Of a DNA stretch of 64,000 bases, positions 54,668-64,000 are shown piece by piece (position 1 is the stretch's first letter; every line of letters starts with the position of its first letter). The position numbers and the translations under genes are program-made. The notes beneath the pieces were generated by a model. That model saw only the letters and a program-made list of their open reading frames with translations. It was not told the DNA's origin and ran no database searches. Source of the stretch: the human T2T-CHM13v2.0 reference genome, Homo sapiens; the NCBI RefSeq assembly GCF_009914755.1, contig NC_060937.1. One strand, given 5' to 3'.

Positions 54668-55549
54668 TTCCAGCTAGGCCAACCTGCCCAGCACCAGCAG
54701 GTAGGGCATTAGACAATTATTATTTTGAGTTCATTGATTGGCATTTTATGTCTTTCCTAGTACATTGTCAGTTTATCTAGTTGTATTTGCCGTATTCATT
54801 TTAAAAAAAAGTAATTTTTTGTTATCATTGTTGGAAAAAAAATTTATCTTTGTTGGAAAAAAATTTTCTCAGTTTCAGTATTTATTGTATAGTTTCCTGA
54901 ATGGACTTATTTCTTAAGACATTTTTCTTCTTTTATAAACTTGTTGCTTTTTTCTCTAACAAATTATTAATCCTTCATAACTCACCCAGAATTTTAACTT
55001 ATTGACAAAAAATGTACAATTTGCTTTGTGTTGTTCTTGACTAAAGTTTTAATTATCTTGAATAAGAAGTGTATTCTCAGATTTCTGAATGAATCACACA
55101 AAAAGGCCATTAGTTACTTGTCTAAATTCTCCAATATAAAATAAAATGTACCATATCTGTTCTTAACACCTTGCTCAACCTTTGCACGTCTGACAGATTT
55201 CTATTTCAGGTTTTTTAAAAAATCTATGAATTAAAAAATTTTTTAAATATATTTTTGTTTTTGTGAATACATGACAGACTCTATGTTAGGTATTAAGGAA
55301 TGATCAGTCAATGAGACCAACATACAATACTTGGTCTCGTGAAGCCACTGAGCATTTATTGTGTTTATACATAAAAACTTAAACTCAGTGCTGCTGAAAG
55401 GTGGCTAAGGCATAATCAACCTTTCAGTAAGAGTCGGTTTCTCTGTTTATATTATCTGGTCCTAGTCTTAGCTTTGCTATTTACAAACCTGGGTGACCTT
55501 GCAGGAATTTCCTTTGCTTCTCAAGTGTGCCATGTCTCAAACTTTTGCT

Positions 55550-56710
55550 CAAAACCAAACTCCATCTACCTCTCTAAAACTGATTTTCTCCTCAATTCTC
55601 CTCTCTTGGTAAATGGCATCTCAAGTCTTTAGGACTCTCAGGCCAACAACCTTGAAGCCATTCTTAACACCTTACTTTCTCTTATACAATTCATTCAACC
55701 TATTAAAAAATATATACCATCAGTTCTATTTTCAAAATAGGTCCAGAATCTAACACTTCTTAAAACCTTCATACTTGCTATCTTATAAAAGACAACATTA
55801 TTTCTCACCTAGACAATTACTATAATCTCTTAAATTGTCTTTCTGATTCTATTTTTCTCCCTATGGCTTAATATCTACAAGACTTCCAGTTATTATTCTT
55901 TTAAATAGACTTTATATTTAAAGCAGTTTTAGGTTTATAGAAAATTTCAGGAGAAATAACAGAGAGTTCTCATATGTCCCCTGCCCCCACGTGTGCAACC
56001 TCCCCCACAATCAATATCTCACGCCAGAGTAGCCCATTGGTTACAATCATTGTCACATCATTATCACCCAGAATCCATAGTTTAGATTAAGGTTCACTCT
56101 TGGTGCTGGACATCCTATAGGTTTTAGCAAATGGATAATGACATGTGTCCACCATTACAATGTCATACACAACCTGTTATCATTTTAATGTTGGGTTGAA
56201 TGTCTATTTTGCCCCAAAGCCTTCAATGGCTCATCATCTTACTCAAAATAAAATTCCCAATCCTTCAATGAATTTAAGACTCTGCCTTAAATTCTCACCT
56301 GATCTCAGTCTTTGCTACAAACTCACTCTGCTCCAGCCACGTGAACTTCTTGCCCTCTGCAGACAGACTTCACCTTGGGGTCATTGCACATGTGCTTCCC
56401 TTTGCCCACAATGCTCTTCATTATGGCATCTGCTCAGTTTGTCCCCTCTTATGATTCTGGCTTTTATTCAAGTTTCGCCTTAGTAGCAGGGCAGCATTCA
56501 TTGGCCAGCCTTGATGCTATGGCACCCTCATCACCCTCTTGAGTCCTCATTCTACTTTCTTTCTCCTCCATTAACTTACCTCCTGCAAACATTATATATA
56601 TGTATTTTGTTGCTGTTGTTTCTGTGTTTGTCTTTATGTCCAGATATGATGTAAGTTTCATGCGAGTAAGAATCTTGCTGTTATTTCCACCATTATGCAT
56701 GAATAAATGA
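55550..56710 (+). mobile_element. L2 fragments interrupted by an L1M insertion
   Basis: ctcttggtaaatggcatc, caaaataggtccagaatctaacacttct, ccttcaatggctcatcatcttactcaaaataaaattcc, end gcatgaataaatgaa. Confidence 0.65.
55903..56170 (-). mobile_element. L1MC/MD-like 3' end
   Basis: aatagactttatatttaaagcagttttaggtttatagaaaa...atcacccagaatccatagtttagattaaggttcactcttgg. Confidence 0.75.
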
Positions 56711-56937
56711 ATTTCTTGGTGCCTAATTTTTATTTCAGCTGTAGAATAGGTATGATAATATAGATCACAACATAAGCTTGCTGGGATGATTAAATAAATT
56801 AATATCGCAAAGCAGTTAGTATTATGTCTCATGTAAAATGATTAAATATTTGTTAGTTGTTTTTATTTTATCATTCTTAAGATGATGGAATGAGCTCACA
56901 GTCCTTTCCGCTAGTTTCTTTACCTCTTTCAATTTAG

Positions 56938-57294
<357 letters not shown>

Positions 57295-57449
57295 TCTATG
57301 TATATTAATAGCCATACTTGGCTGTACGTTCTTAGCAACTGACATTTAAAACTGCATTAATATAGTATTTAAAATGACAATATTTGTCCAATAGAAGAAT
57401 TAAATGTGGCTTAATGTACTCTTACGTATTATAGCAACAATGATACAGT

Positions 57450-57670
57450 AATACTTTCTATCAAGCAGCTACAACACAACAAAGACTTTATGTGTATTTT
57501 TTTTAAACACTTAAAACAACCTTACAAGGTGGGAATTATGAGCCAGTTTCCTAGATCAGGGAACTTGGTGTCAGAGGGTGTAAAGTCCTCACCTCTGTAG
57601 GCCACGAACCCAGTAAGAGGTGGATTCAGAATGCAGTCTCATGATGCTCTGGTTTCAAAGCCTTGCTCAT
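57450..57670 (-). mobile_element. MIR fragment
   Basis: aacaaccttacaaggtgggaattatgagccagtttcctagatcagggaac. Confidence 0.55.
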
Positions 57671-58611
57671 TTTCTGACAGAAAGATTGAAGGCTACAGGG
57701 TGGAGGGTACTCTCAGGGGACATGACACAGCATAAGTAATTGCCTAGCAACGGTGGCGTTGGCTCCGAAGTCAGGAACCCTGTGGGCCCCCAGGACAGCA
57801 CCCCAATGCAATTGTTTTGCAGGAGGCTTATCTGGAGAGCCGAGGCATTTCCTAAGGACACTTAAGGAAACTTTTCACTATATCACAAGTTTTTGCAATT
57901 TCACAACTTCCACAAAAATGTAATAAGTGTGAATGAACAGGTAATATTTCTCGTGTGGAAAAGTCCATATTCTCTTGTGGCCGAGGTAAAGTGATAGATC
58001 TTGCTACATAATATTTAAACTCCCACCATTAGAATTTCACTGGATGTTTTAAAAATATCTGATTGATTAATTGCAGGTAGCCTTACATTTTGTGTATTTG
58101 TTTCTGTTTTTGAGGCTGTGCGTGTTTGTGTGTAAATTGTCCTTTGTTTTTCAAAATTTCTTCTGGATTTCTTGCAAAGAGGAATACTCATATTGTCTTT
58201 TTTGTTGTTGTTGTCGTTTTTCTTCTCCTTCAGATGGATATTAGTGTCATTATGGAAAATAAAATTCACAGGAAGACTTTTCTGGGTTAAAGCAATAGGT
58301 GGGAAGTAGTGTTAAGGGGTTATTTTTACGTACAAAAATAATTATATTAATTTCTTAAATTGCATTTTCGTTTCACTGAGGAAAAAAAATGTCTATATTC
58401 AAAATCAGGTTATTTCCCTTATATTAAGAAGCTTCCAACCTTATTTTTTTTTCTGTTTTTGATAACTCACTTGAACGTGAAAATGTTTAAGGGGACCAGA
58501 TTCTTTAATAAAGAAAGCCTCTCTCACACCTCCAGAAAACTACCAATGCCATGGCTGCAATTTTAAACATTTTAAATGATATATACTACACTGCTTTTTA
58601 CCCAGTATTAA

Positions 58612-58916
<305 letters not shown>

Positions 58917-59199
58917 AAATTAGGGTAACTTCTTAAAGAGCAAAGGATAATTGAAATGATTTACTGAAAGAGCAAATAAAAAGATTAGTAATAATTCCCA
59001 AGTCCCTAGTTATGTTAAGAAAACAATTATGGAACTACTTAATCTTTAATGTAGACAAATCTTTCTTGAGTGTAGATACACATTTTGGTATTCATTGCCA
59101 GCTGAATGAAGAAAAACATTTTAACAATCTTAATTTAAAATAGTCTCTTCTCACCCTTCACTTGCTTCTTGGCATGACCAAATAATGGTTGGTTTGAAC

Positions 59200-59390
59200 A
59201 CTCACAAAGCAAGAACTACATACAGAGCACTTGTAAATATCATCTTACATAATTCTTACTAATACACAAGGCAAACCTTTTTATCCCCCTTATGCAAATG
59301 AAGAAATTGAGTTATAGAAAGTTGGAGTAAATTGACTAAGTCACAAAGATAGAGATGGTGCCTAAACCCAAAATTACTTTTTCTCCTTAG
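59200..59390 (-). mobile_element. MIR fragment
   Basis: ttatccccctta.gcaaatgaagaaattgag..agtaaattgactaagtcac. Confidence 0.6.
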
Positions 59391-59589
59391 AACATGGGAC
59401 TTTATGGGATTTTTTAATAGCATGAATACAGAAAATATACCATGTATGTACATGCAGTGAAACAAGATCAAACAATATAGGAGTGTATAAATTACAATGC
59501 CATTTTGTCATCTGATTTCCAAACCTACTCTGCAGAACTTATCAGTGTCATGATTAGATGTATAACTTTCTACATTTTTCAATGTCTAG

Positions 59590-59940
59590 ACAGCAGGAGT
59601 AACAAATCGTGGCCTGGCCAAGATTTGCCTACACACATATTTTGCTTGGCTAACACTGTATCTGAAAGCATTTAAATGAAATGAAAACATTAAACACACA
59701 CCCAAGAATATACATTAATACCTGAATCTACTTCTCTTCTCTAGAAAAATCTAAATATCTGACAAAATAGGGCACTGGTACCTGCATGGCAACAATTGGT
59801 GGGCACTGGGAGGACGTTTAGATCAGTTCACCCAGCCTTCTCCTTGTGCCAAGAAGAACGCAGGGCAATAGCTGTCTTGGGTCACATCTGCCCTGATGTT
59901 ACCTGACTAGGCCCTGAGAGCATTTTTAGTTTGTATCCTG
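59590..59940. mobile_element. Old hAT-type MER relic (family unresolved)
   Basis: cagcaggagtaacaaatcgtggcc...catggcaacaattgg...gactaggccctg..tttgtatcc. Confidence 0.4.
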
Positions 59941-59959
59941 TATGTTTTCTCATTAAGTT

Positions 59960-60290
59960 ACTTTCTCTACTTAATGTTCTATGAAGACCTCCTTTCCCTA
60001 TTTTTCCTGGACTTTTAAAATGCCTACCTAGTAGTCCGTTGTTTGGATACGCCATCATTTATTTAACCCTCCTTCTACTGCTATAGAGTTGGCATGGTTC
60101 CCCCTTTTGCCATTGAAATGCTTTAATGACCATCCTTACAGATATATCTTTGCCACTTATGTTTATGTTCCAGCAAGATAAATTTCCATAGGTGGAATTG
60201 CAGGGTAAAAAGATATGCACATTGTATACTTTGATGAATTGGCCAGATTGCCCTCTGATGTTTGTCCTGAATATATTATGTGTAAGAGTT
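59960..60290 (-). mobile_element. L1ME-like fragment
   Basis: tttatttaacc, gataaatttccataggtggaattgcagggtaaaaagatatgcacatt..ttgatgaattggccagattgccctc. Confidence 0.6.
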
Positions 60291-60393
60291 CATCAGAGCT
60301 CCTACTACCTGGAGCCCTTCAGTAGGACAACTCACATATGAAGAGACAGACACTCAAATTCTGGAAATACTTTGGGGAATGTGTGCATTTTGA

Positions 60394-61424
<1,031 letters not shown>

Positions 61425-61991
61425 GTACAGTAAACTTTAAAAAAATGGTTTTAAAAGAGTTATGTCCACATTGAACTTTATTCCAGAGGTCAGTGTAGAC
61501 AACAGTACTATTGCCCTTAATTTTAGTGTGAGGCAGTTAATGAAGAAGCCACAGGAAATGGTACTCCACTTTTCTTCCATCATCATTGGTAAAAACGATG
61601 AAAAAGATGTGGAAAGGGAAGCATTGTTGTAGGAAATTATATCAAATGGGGTTTTTTAATTGTTCCTAGCTTTTGACCTATTGTTCGAGTGTATTTAGGG
61701 AAGAAAAAAAATCCCTCCTGAGAAGGAAATATAATAAATACCGTTTAGGAACTACAGAGATATAAATATAATTATGAGAAGAATGTGTTATTTCTGCCAA
61801 TTACTTCTGGAAATCTAAAAAGGAAATTAAGGCTCTTTACAACCCATCAAAAACTGTTCACTTTACAAAGAATGAATCCTGCTTAAACCTAACCTCAGGT
61901 GAGATTTGTGGAAGATTGGTTTGACATCCATCTCCTGCAAGAAAAATAATGAGAGAACCTGAGCATCAGAGTGTTTATGAATGTGCTCATT

Positions 61992-62035
61992 CAACAGAAT
62001 GTGATCATCAATCCAACAGAATGTGATCATCAATC
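61992..62035. repeat. 22-bp perfect tandem duplication
   Basis: caacagaatgtgatcatcaatc twice. Confidence 0.95.
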
Positions 62036-63084
62036 TACTTATTTTTCTATATCAACAAAGATTACTTCTATGTTATACATTCCACTTTAATGATTCATTT
62101 TTAAAAATGTGTGTATATCTACCTCAGGTAGAATGTAAAGATTGGGCTTTATGTTCATTAAGGTTTAAATAGATTTTACTTCATTTTCAGAAAATAAATT
62201 GCTTGTCCAATTGATCAACTCTAAAAAACCAAAATACAATCTGTTCTGTATCATATAAGAACATTTCCACAACAAGCATTATAAGAGAGAGGCATAGAAG
62301 TTTTCTATACTGAAATGGAATCAACTATTACATATCTTCCAAATCATCAAATTTCTTAATATGTCCCATTTTCACCTTTTCAGTTCTCATTTTTCTATGA
62401 GTAGTTAATGATAGCGAATGTATTTTGTCTGCTTTACTAGAAATTTAACGAAAAATCAATATATCATTTAGGTCTATCCTTGCTCTGTCAAGATCATATA
62501 TCATAGCCATTTTTCTCACCACATATTTTGCAAAATGAACAAGATTTTTAAAACTATGAAAATAAACACACCAATTAAGAAATGAGAACATGTGTTATGC
62601 TTATCAAAGTAGGCTATTGATCACATTTTGCTTCAGAGACCTTGAATTTGATATCATCCCAATAGATTAAAACAATAAACATTAATCCATTCCTCAAATA
62701 TTTGTTGAAGGTCTAATTTGGGCTATGCCCTCTATAAGGTGTTATAAATGATATTAGGAAGAATCTGGCAGTTTCTTCTTCACAATCTTAGTGATATAGT
62801 TATGTAGGTAACAATGGAAAAGCCCCCAAAACTACTGGTTAAAATGGAACAAAACAGAAAGGCCATTGATAAGCATAAAGGTATTCATTTAGTTTAAAAG
62901 TCATCTGTTTCATATGTTCAAGCTCACAAAGAACTGGGAACTCACTACAAACCGAAGGTGAGATGACAGTGTAGCCACTGCTAAAATCCCTCATACAAAT
63001 CTCCTTTTAATTTATCTGTCATCATCCCAAGCTAACACTCAAAGATGTTAACTAGGTTCTCACAATTAGTAAGAAGATAGCCAG

Positions 63085-64000
63085 AAAGTGGGCAAAGGAT
63101 ATGAACAGACACTTCTCAAAAGAAGACATTTATGCGACCAACAAACATATGAAAAAAAAGCTCATCATCACTGGTCATTAGAGAAATGCAAATCAAAACC
63201 ACAGTGAGGTACCATCTCATGTCAGTTAGGATGGCGATCATTAAAAAGTCAGGAAACAACAGACGCTGGAGATGATGTAGAGAAATAGGAACACTTTTAC
63301 ACTGTTGGTGGAAGTGTAAATTAGTTCAACCATTGTGGAAGACAGTGTGGTGATTCCTCAAGGATCTAGAACCAGAAATAGCATTTGACCCAGCATTCCC
63401 ATTACTGGGTTTATGCCCAAAGGATTATAAATCATTCTACTATAAAGACACATGCACACGTATGTTTATTGCATCACTGTTCACAATGGCAAAGACTTGG
63501 AACCAACCCTAATGCCCATCAGTGATAGACTGGATAAAGAAAATGTGGCAAATATACACCATGGAATACTATGCAGCCATAAAAAAGGATGAGTTTGGCG
63601 GGGCACAGTGGCTCATGCCTATAATCCCGGCACTTTGGGAAGCCGAGGTGGGCAGATCATGAGGTCAGGAGAGCGACACCATCCTGACCAATATGGTGAA
63701 ACCCCGTCTCTACTAAAACTACAAAAATTAGCTGGGCATGGTGGCACATGCCTGTAGTTTCAGCTACTCAGGAGGCTGAGGCATGAGAATAGCTTGAACC
63801 TGAGAGGCAGAGGTTGCAGTGAGCCGAGATGGCACCACTGCACTCCAGCCTGGGCAACAAAGTGAGACTGTCTCAAAAAAAAAAAAAAAAAAAGGATGAG
63901 TTTATGTCCTTTGCAGGGACATGGATGAAGCTGGAAACCATCATTCTCAGCAAACTAACATGGGAACAGAAAATCAAATACCACATGCTCTCACTCATAA
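63085..64000 (+). mobile_element. 5'-truncated L1PA (about PA6-PA8) running off the window end, interrupted by an Alu
   Basis: aaagtgggcaaaggatatgaacagacacttctc...ctagaaccagaaatagc. Confidence 0.95.
63597..63887 (+). mobile_element. AluS (Sc-like), sense, inserted into L1PA
   Basis: Perfect 16-bp TSD aaaaaaggatgagttt (63581-63596 and 63888-63903). Confidence 0.98.

Overview
AT-rich, CpG-poor primate genomic DNA, most likely human or great ape: it carries AluJ/S/Y, young L1PA 3' ends and a THE1C solo LTR. It reads as intronic or intergenic. I see no CpG island and recognise no protein-coding exon or RNA gene; the supplied ORFs are Alu, L1, LTR or microsatellite read-throughs or chance ORFs. 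Much of the window is interspersed repeat: 12 Alus, three L1PA 3' fragments, a ~9 kb nested ancient L1M stack (25.7-34.8 kb), L2, MIR, MaLR LTRs, MER44/Tigger and hAT relics, and several microsatellites. I cannot support a new multi-gene system. The strongest unexplained signal is at 52049-52181: a perfect 34-bp inverted repeat whose loop holds a 47-bp near-copy (44/47) of sequence 2.3 kb upstream, consistent with a template-switch repair scar or a long RNA hairpin. Other leads are an internally deleted, TSD-flanked L1MB-like element, a twin-primed L1MA, an (AAAAG)n tract in an Alu linker, a minisatellite made from a transposon TIR, tandem NF-kB and AP-1 motifs, and candidate + strand non-coding exons. 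Family calls come from recalled consensus sequences, not database searches, and boundaries of old repeats are approximate.
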